Of a DNA stretch of 64,000 nt, positions 56,703 through 64,000 are shown piece by piece. The notes under the pieces were generated by a model, which had not been told where the DNA came from, ran no database searches, and saw nothing but the letters and a program-made list of their open reading frames with translations. Each line of letters starts with the position of its first letter. The stretch's first letter is position 1. Position numbers and translations under genes: made by a program. Origin of the DNA: Gemmatimonadota bacterium (lineage in GTDB: Bacteria; Gemmatimonadota; Gemmatimonadetes; Gemmatimonadales; GWC2-71-9); assembly GCA_039592335.1 (NCBI GenBank), contig JBDHBX010000002.1, positions 6,901 to 70,900 on the forward strand, given 5' to 3'.

Positions 56703-57814
56703 GGGTGCGACTCCTGAGAGTGCCGCTCCAGCCACTCCTCCAGACCCATCGTACGGCGCAGGGCCCTGGGGTGACGGCGGAACCAGGAGAGCAGCAACAG
56801 CGTCTCGTCGATCGCCGCCGTGGGGATGGGACCGGGCTCCGGATCGCCGCCGTCGTGCTCGGCGACGAGCGCGCGGAACGCCTCGATCTCGATGGGCGTG
56901 TGCGGAGCTGGCGCGGCCGCGCGCACCGTGGCCCGTCGAATGACGTAGGCGCGGTCATCACCGTAGATGCCGGGGTCGGTGTAGACGAAGCTCAGCGCCT
57001 CGAGCGCCGCCTGCGCTCTGGTGCAGGCGGACAGCAGCCAGGTGAGGGCGTCGAACTTGTCGCGGGACCAGGTGGCGCGCTCGAAGTCCTGGGCGTCGCT
57101 CGCGGCCGTCATGGCGGCGATGATCTTCTCGAGGGGCTCCACGGTTCGCCCCTCGATGAAGTCGACTGCGACGTGCACCCGGTCGCGATACGCGGGCTCC
57201 GTGACGAACCCTGCGCAAGGCGCGGTGCAGGTGCCGAGCTCGTGGCGCATGCAGGCCGCACGATGGGGTCCCGCGAACAGGTCCTGCTGGTCGGAGTAGG
57301 CCATCGGCATCGAGAGCGCGCAGTCCCGCAGGCCCAGCTGGTCGTTCAGCACCTTCACGCTCTCCTTGAGGCGGGCGACGCCCACGAACGGCCCGTAGTG
57401 CCGCACGTCGTCACCCCCTACGGTCCCGCCCACGTAGATCTTGGGAGCTGCCCCGCCCGAAATCTTGATGAAGCCCACGCGCCGGCGCCGGTTCATGCGC
57501 ACGTTGAAGACCGGCCGGTAGCGGCGGATCTGGGCGAGCTCCGTCATGAGGGCCGCGAACTCCGAGGGCGTGTAGTCCCACCGGATGTCGGCGGCCGCAT
57601 GGAGGATGCGGGCCGCCTTGTCCTCCGGGTAGTTGGCCCGAAAGTAGGAGAGGAGACGGCCCCTCAACCGCTTCGCCTTGCCCACGTACACCACGCGGCC
57701 CGAGGGATCGAGCATGCGGTACACCCCGGGCCGGTTCTCGGCGAGCGCCGAGACGCGGCGCTTGAGCATGTCGAGGTCGCCCAGTGGGAGGGCGAGCGCC
57801 TGGCTTACCGCCAT
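56699..57814 (-). CDS. UvrC-N-terminal-half homologue (GIY-YIG nuclease plus UVR domain, Cho-like), lacking the C-terminal EndoV/HhH half
   Basis: 371 aa. The GIY-YIG region is PGVYRMLDPSGRVVYVGKAKRLRGRLLSYF. A Cys-containing segment is followed by the UVR-like region MTAASDAQDFERATWSRDKFDAL. Confidence 0.75.
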   Translation of the reverse strand: MAVSQALALPLGDLDMLKRRVSALAENRPGVYRMLDPSGRVVYVGKAKRLRGRLLSYFRANYPEDKAARILHAAADIRWDYTPSEFAALMTELAQIRRYRPVFNVRMNRRRRVGFIKISGGAAPKIYVGGTVGGDDVRHYGPFVGVARLKESVKVLNDQLGLRDCALSMPMAYSDQQDLFAGPHRAACMRHELGTCTAPCAGFVTEPAYRDRVHVAVDFIEGRTVEPLEKIIAAMTAASDAQDFERATWSRDKFDALTWLLSACTRAQAALEALSFVYTDPGIYGDDRAYVIRRATVRAAAPAPHTPIEIEAFRALVAEHDGGDPEPGPIPTAAIDETLLLLSWFRRHPRALRRTMGLEEWLERHSQESHP

Positions 57815-58839
57815 CTCCCCTGTGCGCGCTGGCGCGAGCGAACCTGCCGGAGGTAGTGGTCGAGCGCGAGGAACTTCTCGTACACGATCACCGACTTGCG
57901 CTTCCGGCCCAACTCGGCGAGCAGTTCCCGCATCCGCCCGCGCCGCACGACATAGAAGCGGAACGTCTCGGCGAAGTCCTCCAGCGGGTGGTTCGAGGCG
58001 TAGGCGCTCACGTACCCCGACTTGGTCTTGCTGACGCGGCGGCGCTGCATGTCCACCCAGCTGTCATCGCGCACGCGGTAGGCCTTGTGCACCTCGCCGA
58101 ACACGCGCTTGAACACGGGCGTCCCGGTCCATCCCCAGTGGTGGTACAGGAAGCTGTGTCCCGCCTCGTGGCAGATGAGGCCGACCAGAGTGGTCCAGGG
58201 AATCTCGTCTCGTCCCCGGGCCTTCACCACGTAATCCCAATCGATCTCGATGATCTTGGGAAACTTGGGATCGACGCCGGACACGCCGGGGCGGAGCACC
58301 ACGCGGTAGTTCCAGTCCTTGATGCGCGAGGCGCGCAGCAGTTCCCCCACGCGCCGCAACGCTCGGGGAATGAGGTCCTGGCCGGTTGGGTCGCCCCCGC
58401 ACCAGGGGCAGGTTTTCATCCAGTCGTTCACACCGCGGCGGCAGTGCGGACAGGGCCCGTCGTATCCTTCGTCCTCCCACTCCTGCTCCTCGCCGCACCA
58501 GGGGCAGTGCGGCATGGGCGACTGCACCCCGCCGCCGCATCCCCAATCGCAGCGAGCGTCGAACCGGAAGCCCTTGGGAGCCTTCATCGGCTGCTCCGCG
58601 GAGTATCCCTCCTCGTAGATATCCGTGCCGCACCAGGGGCAGTAGCTGTAGTAGTCCGACACCACCCAGCCGCACTTGTAGCACTCCGCTTCGGTGACGG
58701 GCGGATCGTCGCGCCACACGTGTGTGCGGCCGCACCAGGGACAGTGGGGCCAGAACCGCCTGAGCTCCTGGCCGCACACACAGCGCAGCTCGGGGCGTGG
58801 GGTGGGGTGGCGGGTCTTCCGCCTACGAGTGGGACTCAT
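57805..58839 (-). CDS. Four-zinc-ribbon protein with C-terminal HExxH metallopeptidase-like domain
   Basis: Four ribbons: CVCG..HCPWCG, CYKCG..YCPWCG, CDWGCG..HCPWCG and CPHCR..TCPWCG. They are followed by LICHEAGHSF and NHPLEDFAETFRFY. I chose ATG 58839; the upstream part of the track ORF is Arg/Pro-rich and overlaps the ATP-grasp gene. Confidence 0.7.
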   Translation of the reverse strand: MSPTRRRKTRHPTPRPELRCVCGQELRRFWPHCPWCGRTHVWRDDPPVTEAECYKCGWVVSDYYSYCPWCGTDIYEEGYSAEQPMKAPKGFRFDARCDWGCGGGVQSPMPHCPWCGEEQEWEDEGYDGPCPHCRRGVNDWMKTCPWCGGDPTGQDLIPRALRRVGELLRASRIKDWNYRVVLRPGVSGVDPKFPKIIEIDWDYVVKARGRDEIPWTTLVGLICHEAGHSFLYHHWGWTGTPVFKRVFGEVHKAYRVRDDSWVDMQRRRVSKTKSGYVSAYASNHPLEDFAETFRFYVVRRGRMRELLAELGRKRKSVIVYEKFLALDHYLRQVRSRQRAQGRWR

Positions 58840-59842
58840 ACCGGGCGACGGCCTCCTGCACGATGCGGTCGATGAACGCGTAGTAATCCATGCCGGCCTT
58901 CTCAGCTGCGTTGGCGGTGTCGTGCCCGAAGGAGATGAACGGGTTGGCGTTGACCTCCACAACATACGCATCGTCATCGGGCGTGAGCCGCACGTCCACC
59001 CGGGCGTAGTCCCGCAGCCAGAGGGCGCGGCAGGTAGTGCGGCAGGTCTCCTCGATGCGCTCCTGCGCCGTCTGCGACAGTGGGCGGGCAAACACGTTCT
59101 TGATCCCCTTGCGCTCGCGATACGGCACGTCCCACTTGGCCGCCTTGGTGGCGATGCGCTCCTCGGTCCGAGTCTTGTCCTTGTCGAACACCATCTCGAT
59201 GATGGGGAGGATCTCGAGGTCGATCCCGTTCCCCAGGACGCTCACGTACAACTCCCGGCCCTCCACGAACTCCTCGGCGATGGCGGGTTGGTGGAAGGTC
59301 TCGTGGATGAAGTGGACGCGCTCCTTGAGCCCATCGAGGTCCTGCACCACGGAGGCCTGGGCGATGCCCTCCGAGGCGTCCTCCTGCAATGGCTTCACGA
59401 TCAGCGGGAATGCCAGCTCGGGCGCGTCGGCCACCTCCTCCGTGCGACGGTACGTCACGAACCGCGGCACCTTCAACCCGTGCCAGGCCAGCACCTTCTT
59501 GCTCATCGCCTTGTTGCGGGTGGTGAGCAGGGCGATGGGCGGTGACCCCGTGTAGTGGTACCCCTCCGCTTCGAGCAGGGCGGGGAAGATGTAGTCCAGC
59601 CGCGAGCGCTGGTGGAAGCCCTCAGCACAATTGAACACGAGGCTCGGTTTGAACTCGGCAAGCCGCTCGAACATGTGGTGCAAGTCGTCGTGCACGCCCA
59701 CGAGCTGGACCTCGTGGTCGTAGGCCATGAGGGCTTCCGCCACCTCGTACTCCGGCTCGTCGACCTCGGCCTGGACCTCACTCTTGAAGTCTTCGTCTTC
59801 CCACCCGTCGTTTGGCGTGTCGAATACGACGGCGATCTTCAT
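58823..59842 (-). CDS. ATP-grasp enzyme, D-alanine--D-alanine ligase-like but non-canonical
   Basis: 339 aa from ATG 59842 (MKIAVVFDTPNDGWEDEDF...). Contains LIVKPLQEDASEGI, EEFVEGRELYVSVLG and RVDVRL..YVVEVNANP. It lacks the GGxSxEHEVS N-terminal motif of true Ddl. ATGA overlap with mutM. Confidence 0.75.
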   Translation of the reverse strand: MKIAVVFDTPNDGWEDEDFKSEVQAEVDEPEYEVAEALMAYDHEVQLVGVHDDLHHMFERLAEFKPSLVFNCAEGFHQRSRLDYIFPALLEAEGYHYTGSPPIALLTTRNKAMSKKVLAWHGLKVPRFVTYRRTEEVADAPELAFPLIVKPLQEDASEGIAQASVVQDLDGLKERVHFIHETFHQPAIAEEFVEGRELYVSVLGNGIDLEILPIIEMVFDKDKTRTEERIATKAAKWDVPYRERKGIKNVFARPLSQTAQERIEETCRTTCRALWLRDYARVDVRLTPDDDAYVVEVNANPFISFGHDTANAAEKAGMDYYAFIDRIVQEAVARYESHS

Positions 59843-60675
59843 CGCGGCTTCCCCTGGCAGCGCCAGCAGAACGTGGTGGCGCGCCCGTCGATCTCGTGCG
59901 TGGTCACGAGCTGCGCACCGCAGCGGCGGCACGGCTCCCCACCGCGCCCGTACACCTGCAGCAGATCCTGGTACGAGCCGGATTGTCCGGTCCCGGTGCG
60001 GTAATCCCGCACCGTCGTTCCCTGCGCGGCGATCGCCTCCTCCAGCACGTCCCGTACGTGTCGGTACAGCCGGTCGAGCTCCGCGCGCGTCAGCCGGTGG
60101 GCGGGCCGCGAGGGATCGATCTGCGCTCGGAACAGGGCCTCGTTCGCGTAGATGTTGCCCACCCCGGCCAGGCGTCGCTGGTCCATGAGCGCCTTCTTGA
60201 TCGCCTGCCGGGTGGCCGCCATCTGGGTGCGGAACCGGTCGGCGTCGAAGTCGGCTGCCAGCGGCTCGGGACCGATGCGCGCAGTATAGGACTGCCACCC
60301 GCGTTCGTCCAAGAGCCAGATCGTGCCCAGGCGCCGCACGTCGCGATACACGAGTCTCGCTCCGCCGCCGATGCCCGCCTCGAGGACGGCGTAGCGGCGT
60401 TGCTCCGCCGTGAGGCGACGCTCGTAGATGAGGAGGTTGCCGGTCATGCGGGGCTGAATGACGAGCCGCTCGCCGCTGGCCAGGAGCACGACCACGTGCT
60501 TCGCGCGCCGATCCACGGCCGCAATGCGGTTGCGGTCGAGGGTGCGGATCAGCCGCTGACGGCTGACTTTGCGGAGGACGTGGCGGTGGTGGAGGCGGGG
60601 AGTGGTGAGCTTGCGACCGGCGAGCATGGGCCGCAGGTCGCGCACGATCGTTTCGACCTCAGGCAGCTCCGGCAC
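59839..60675 (-). CDS. mutM: Formamidopyrimidine-DNA glycosylase
   Basis: MPELPEVETIVRDL N-terminus, H2TH region, and C-terminal zinc finger CRRCG...CWRCQ. Confidence 0.95.
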   Translation of the reverse strand: MPELPEVETIVRDLRPMLAGRKLTTPRLHHRHVLRKVSRQRLIRTLDRNRIAAVDRRAKHVVVLLASGERLVIQPRMTGNLLIYERRLTAEQRRYAVLEAGIGGGARLVYRDVRRLGTIWLLDERGWQSYTARIGPEPLAADFDADRFRTQMAATRQAIKKALMDQRRLAGVGNIYANEALFRAQIDPSRPAHRLTRAELDRLYRHVRDVLEEAIAAQGTTVRDYRTGTGQSGSYQDLLQVYGRGGEPCRRCGAQLVTTHEIDGRATTFCWRCQGKPR

Positions 60676-61936
60676 GCGCTACCTCGCGCCACGCGATGTC
60701 GCGGCGGAACTGGCGGCCCTCGAAGGTGATGCTCTCGGCGAGCGCCCGGCTCCGCTCGGCGGCTTCGACCACGTCCCGCCCGAGGCCGGTGGCGTTCAGC
60801 ACGCGCCCGCCCGCGGCGCGCAGCACCCCTCCGTCGTCGACCGCCGTACCCGCGTGGAACAGAATTGTGTGCTGGGGTGGTCGATCAGGCAGGCCGATCT
60901 CCTGGCCCTTCACGGGGGACGCCGGATACCCCGGCGTCGCGAGCACGGTGGTTACCGCAGCCTGCCTCGCTGCGCAGTAGGTGACCGGCGGCTTCCAGGC
61001 TTCGCCCGCCCCGATGCTCCACAATTGCTCGGTGAGATCGAGGTCGGCCGCCGGGAGCACCACCTGCGCCTCGGGGTCGCCGAAGCGGCAGTTGAACTCC
61101 AGCACCTTGGCGTGCCCGGTGTCGTCCACCATGAGGCCGGCGTAGAGCACTCCGCGATAGGGTGTCCCTCGATTGGCGAGCTCGGCGAGCACGGGCCGAA
61201 TGATGTCTCGGTCGGCGCGCTCGAGCAGCGCCCGCTGGGCGATCGAGACCGGCGTGTACGCCCCCATCCCCCCCGTGTTCGGACCGGTGTCGCCCTCGCC
61301 GATTCGCTTATGGTCTTGAGAAGCCGGGAGCAGCATCACCTGCTCGCCGTCGGTGAGGGCCAGGATCGACAGCTCCTCGCCGGTGAGGAACTCCTCCACG
61401 ACGACGAGCTTGCCCGCGTCCCCGAACTTGCCGCCGAACATCTCACGCGCCGCCGTGACAGCTTCCTCGCGAGTGCTGCACACGATGGCGCCCTTGCCGG
61501 CGGCGAGCCCCGACGCCTTCACCAGCAGCGGCTCGGCGTGGGAAGCGATGTAGTCCAGCGCCTTGTGCTGGTCGGCGAAGGTCTCGCTCCCCGCCGTCGG
61601 CACGCCGGCGGCGAAGATAATCTCCTTGGCGTAGGCCTTGGAGGCCTCGATCTGCGCCGCCTCGGCGGTGGGCCCAAAAGCCTTGAGGCCCGCCTGGGCC
61701 AGGTCGTCCACTAGACCCGCCGCGAGCGGGGCCTCGGGGCCGATGACGGTGAGATCGATGCCGTGCTCCCGCACGGCGTCCACGATGCCGGCGTGGTCGG
61801 TCACCTTGATCGGCAGGTTGGTGCCGAGCTCGGCGGTGCCGGGATTGCCCGGGGCGCAAAAGACAGCGGCGGAACGGCACAGCGCCCAACAGAGGACGTG
61901 TTCCCGACCGCCGCCTCCGACGACGAGGACCTTCAC
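60659..61936 (-). CDS. purD: Phosphoribosylamine--glycine ligase
   Basis: 425 aa. KVLVVGGGGREH, an ATP-grasp core, and VLEFNCRFGDPE. The GTG start overlaps the upstream TAG by 1 nt. Confidence 0.95.
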   Translation of the reverse strand: MKVLVVGGGGREHVLCWALCRSAAVFCAPGNPGTAELGTNLPIKVTDHAGIVDAVREHGIDLTVIGPEAPLAAGLVDDLAQAGLKAFGPTAEAAQIEASKAYAKEIIFAAGVPTAGSETFADQHKALDYIASHAEPLLVKASGLAAGKGAIVCSTREEAVTAAREMFGGKFGDAGKLVVVEEFLTGEELSILALTDGEQVMLLPASQDHKRIGEGDTGPNTGGMGAYTPVSIAQRALLERADRDIIRPVLAELANRGTPYRGVLYAGLMVDDTGHAKVLEFNCRFGDPEAQVVLPAADLDLTEQLWSIGAGEAWKPPVTYCAARQAAVTTVLATPGYPASPVKGQEIGLPDRPPQHTILFHAGTAVDDGGVLRAAGGRVLNATGLGRDVVEAAERSRALAESITFEGRQFRRDIAWREVARAGAA

Positions 61937-62946
61937 TACTCGTCCTTGCCCTTGCCCTTGAACGCGTCGGTGAACGCCGAGGCCGCCTTCTTGGCAGCGT
62001 CGGTCATCTGCGAGACCGTGTGCTTCGCCTCTTCAGCGTAGTGCTTCGCGGCGTCAGTGATGTCGCTGGTGAGGGGGCGCTCCTGCTCCTCCTCGCCCCG
62101 GTGCGTGAACTCCCCATCCAGTACGCGCTGGTAGGACCCGTCCTCGATCCAGCGCTCGAGCTCGGCCGCCCGCAACGTGTGGAACGGATGGGTGTGGCCC
62201 AGCATGTTCAGGATCTTGTAGATGGCGTCGATGGGGCCACCCATGTCTTCGTACTCCCGGGCCTGCTCCATGAACGTCTGCAGGTCCGTCTCACTCATGT
62301 CGCCGCCGCCGGCGAGCTTGAGGAAGACCTGCATCGAGGCGACGGGATCCTGGCTGGCGAGGAGCCCAGCCCGGTCGGACGAGAGCTCGCTCTTCCGATA
62401 CCACTCCAGCAGGGCCAGCTTGATCGGCAGCAGCACGACCCCCGCCAGGAACGGCAGGTTCTGGAACCCAAGCGTCAGAATGAGGATCGTGACGGTGCGG
62501 TAGAGCGCGTGACCGCTCATGATGTGGCCCAGTTCATGCCCCAGCAGCACCCGCATCTCATCGTCGTCCAGCAGCGTCACCGCCCCGGAGTTCAGCACGA
62601 TGAAGGGGTGATCTACCCCGAACGCGCCGGCGTTCACCAGGGGCGTTTGGGAGACGAACAGCTCGGGCTGCTCCGGCCAGTCCATGGTGGCCGAGACCTC
62701 GGTCATCAGGGCGTGGAGCTTGGGGAACTGCTTCGGCCCCACGCGCACGGCGTTGGCCTGGAAGATGAGGCGGATCCCGCGCTCACCGAAGAAGCCCACG
62801 ATCTTCTTTACTGCCTCGTTGAACCCGGGCACGGCCCGGACGGCCTGCAGGGCGGCACGATCGGCGGGGTGCTCCCACGTCACCGCCGCGATATTCTCGA
62901 GCACCTTCCGCGGCCTGGCCGACGGGACGCCTGTACCATCTGTCAT
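61936..62946 (-). CDS. M48 family metallopeptidase (HtpX-like) with a charged C-terminal extension
   Basis: 336 aa. HELGHIMSGH motif with two following TM helices. The C-terminal tail is rich in K/A/E/D (AAKHYAEEAKHTVSQMTDAAKKAASAFTDAFKGKGKDE). Confidence 0.85.
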   Translation of the reverse strand: MTDGTGVPSARPRKVLENIAAVTWEHPADRAALQAVRAVPGFNEAVKKIVGFFGERGIRLIFQANAVRVGPKQFPKLHALMTEVSATMDWPEQPELFVSQTPLVNAGAFGVDHPFIVLNSGAVTLLDDDEMRVLLGHELGHIMSGHALYRTVTILILTLGFQNLPFLAGVVLLPIKLALLEWYRKSELSSDRAGLLASQDPVASMQVFLKLAGGGDMSETDLQTFMEQAREYEDMGGPIDAIYKILNMLGHTHPFHTLRAAELERWIEDGSYQRVLDGEFTHRGEEEQERPLTSDITDAAKHYAEEAKHTVSQMTDAAKKAASAFTDAFKGKGKDE

Positions 62947-63019
62947 TGCTGCCTCCGAAGTGAACGACTGACCGGCATCGTTGGGACGCTAGACCGTACG
63001 CAGGCCACCCGGGCCGGTT

Positions 63020-64000
63020 TCACCGGGCCAACGCCTGGTCGAGGTCCGCGACGAGGTCGTCCGTGTCCTCGATCCCGACCGAGAGCCGGACGAGGCCATC
63101 GGTGAGGCCCATCTCCTCCCGCATCGCCTGCGGCACGCTGGCGTGGGTCATGGTCGCCGGGTGGCCGATCAGGCTCTCGACCCCGCCCAAGGACTCCGCC
63201 AGAACGAAGAGCTTGGTCCCTTCTACTACGTTCTTGGCCCGCTTCAAGGATCCCAGCTCGAGAGAGATCATCCCGCCGAACCCCTCCATCTGGCGGCAGG
63301 CCAGCTCGTACTGCGGGTGGTCGGGGAGCCCGGGGTAGTAGACCCGCTCCACCCTGGGGTGCTCCGCCAGCCACTGGGCAATGCGCCGGCCCGAGCGGTC
63401 GTGCTGGGCCATCCGCACGGCCAGCGTCTTGGTGCCCCGCAGGGTGAGCCAGCAATCGAGGGGGCCCGGGACCGCCCCGGCAGCGTTCTGGATGAACGCC
63501 AGCTGCTCTGCCAGATCGTCCCGCGTCGTGACCACCACGCCCCCCACCATGTCGCTGTGGCCGTTGAGATACTTGGTCGTGGAGTGCACTACGAGCTCGG
63601 CCCCCAGCTCGATCGGCCGCTGGAACACCGGCGTCGCAAACGTGTTGTCCACCGCCAGCACCGCTCCGCGGCCGCGCGCGAGCTCGGCTGCCGCCGCCAG
63701 GTCCGTGAGGTGCATCATCGGGTTGGTGGGGGTCTCCACGAAGATCAGCTTCGTGGCGTCGGTCAGCGCCGCTTCGATGTTGGTGACCTCGCGCGTGTCC
63801 ACGAACGAGAACACCAACCCCAGCCGCTCGAGGATGTGGGTCATGAGGCGGTGGGTCCCGCCGTACACGTTCTCCCCGCAGATCACGTGGTCGCCGGCCG
63901 AGAGCAGCTTGAGTATCGCATCGGTGGCTGCCAGCCCGGAGGCGTAGGCGAAGCCGTGCGTCGCCCCCTCCAGTGCCGCCACATTCCGCTCCAGCGCGTC
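63020..64000 (-). CDS. Cys/Met-metabolism PLP-dependent enzyme (cystathionine gamma-synthase/beta-lyase family), N-terminus off window
   Basis: The STTKYLNGHSD PLP-lysine motif is present. The frame stays open to the window edge (…DALERNVAALEGATHGFAYASG). The track's internal Met at 63982 is not the true start. Confidence 0.85.
   Translation of the reverse strand, partial: DALERNVAALEGATHGFAYASGLAATDAILKLLSAGDHVICGENVYGGTHRLMTHILERLGLVFSFVDTREVTNIEAALTDATKLIFVETPTNPMMHLTDLAAAAELARGRGAVLAVDNTFATPVFQRPIELGAELVVHSTTKYLNGHSDMVGGVVVTTRDDLAEQLAFIQNAAGAVPGPLDCWLTLRGTKTLAVRMAQHDRSGRRIAQWLAEHPRVERVYYPGLPDHPQYELACRQMEGFGGMISLELGSLKRAKNVVEGTKLFVLAESLGGVESLIGHPATMTHASVPQAMREEMGLTDGLVRLSVGIEDTDDLVADLDQALAR

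Overview
GC-rich (about two-thirds G+C by eye) bacterial chromosomal segment. It is densely coding, with about 65 CDS, and many neighbouring genes share 1-17 nt start/stop overlaps. I saw no rRNA, tRNA, CRISPR array, transposase, integrase or phage gene, so this looks like core chromosome rather than an accessory island. An outer-membrane beta-barrel, lipoproteins, a PEGA-tailed kinase and a UbiE/D/A/X quinone cluster suggest a high-GC diderm. Gemmatimonadota-like is my guess only.

Recognisable content, in order:
- A surface-protein, Ser/Thr-kinase and secreted-protein unit.
- A NapF-like ferredoxin, cupin and NDP-sugar pyrophosphorylase.
- An amidase, MlrC-like peptidase, methyltransferase, TenA-like protein, hydrolase and DUF885 run.
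- A small CC-terminated protein coupled to an ArsA-like ATPase.
- CDF transporter, CstA, and acyl-CoA/ETF metabolism genes (SDR, crotonase, glutaryl-CoA dehydrogenase, EtfBA, ETF-QO).
- ligA-polX-CDGSH and corA.
- A Mo/W cluster (OM barrel, TupBC-like ABC, queD, mobA, moeA).
- guaB, an AGCS symporter, nrnA and apbC.
- An ECF sigma four-gene module.
- ubiE-ubiD-ubiA-ubiX.
- A seven-gene tightly overlapping operon: M48 peptidase, purD, mutM, Ddl-like ATP-grasp, a four-zinc-ribbon HExxH protein, a Cho-like GIY-YIG nuclease and a CaCA antiporter.

Most unusual observations:
1. The ATP-grasp plus four-zinc-ribbon metallopeptidase-like pair, embedded between two DNA-repair genes.
2. The Cys-Cys-stop small protein, translationally coupled to an ArsA/Get3-type ATPase.
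3. A frameshifted, internally deleted isocitrate/isopropylmalate dehydrogenase remnant.
4. A 63-codon very basic ORF with ATGA overlaps at both ends, between ubiA and ubiX.
5. A 330-nt leader carrying four alternating complementary segments.

All family calls come from reading motifs by eye. No database search was run.
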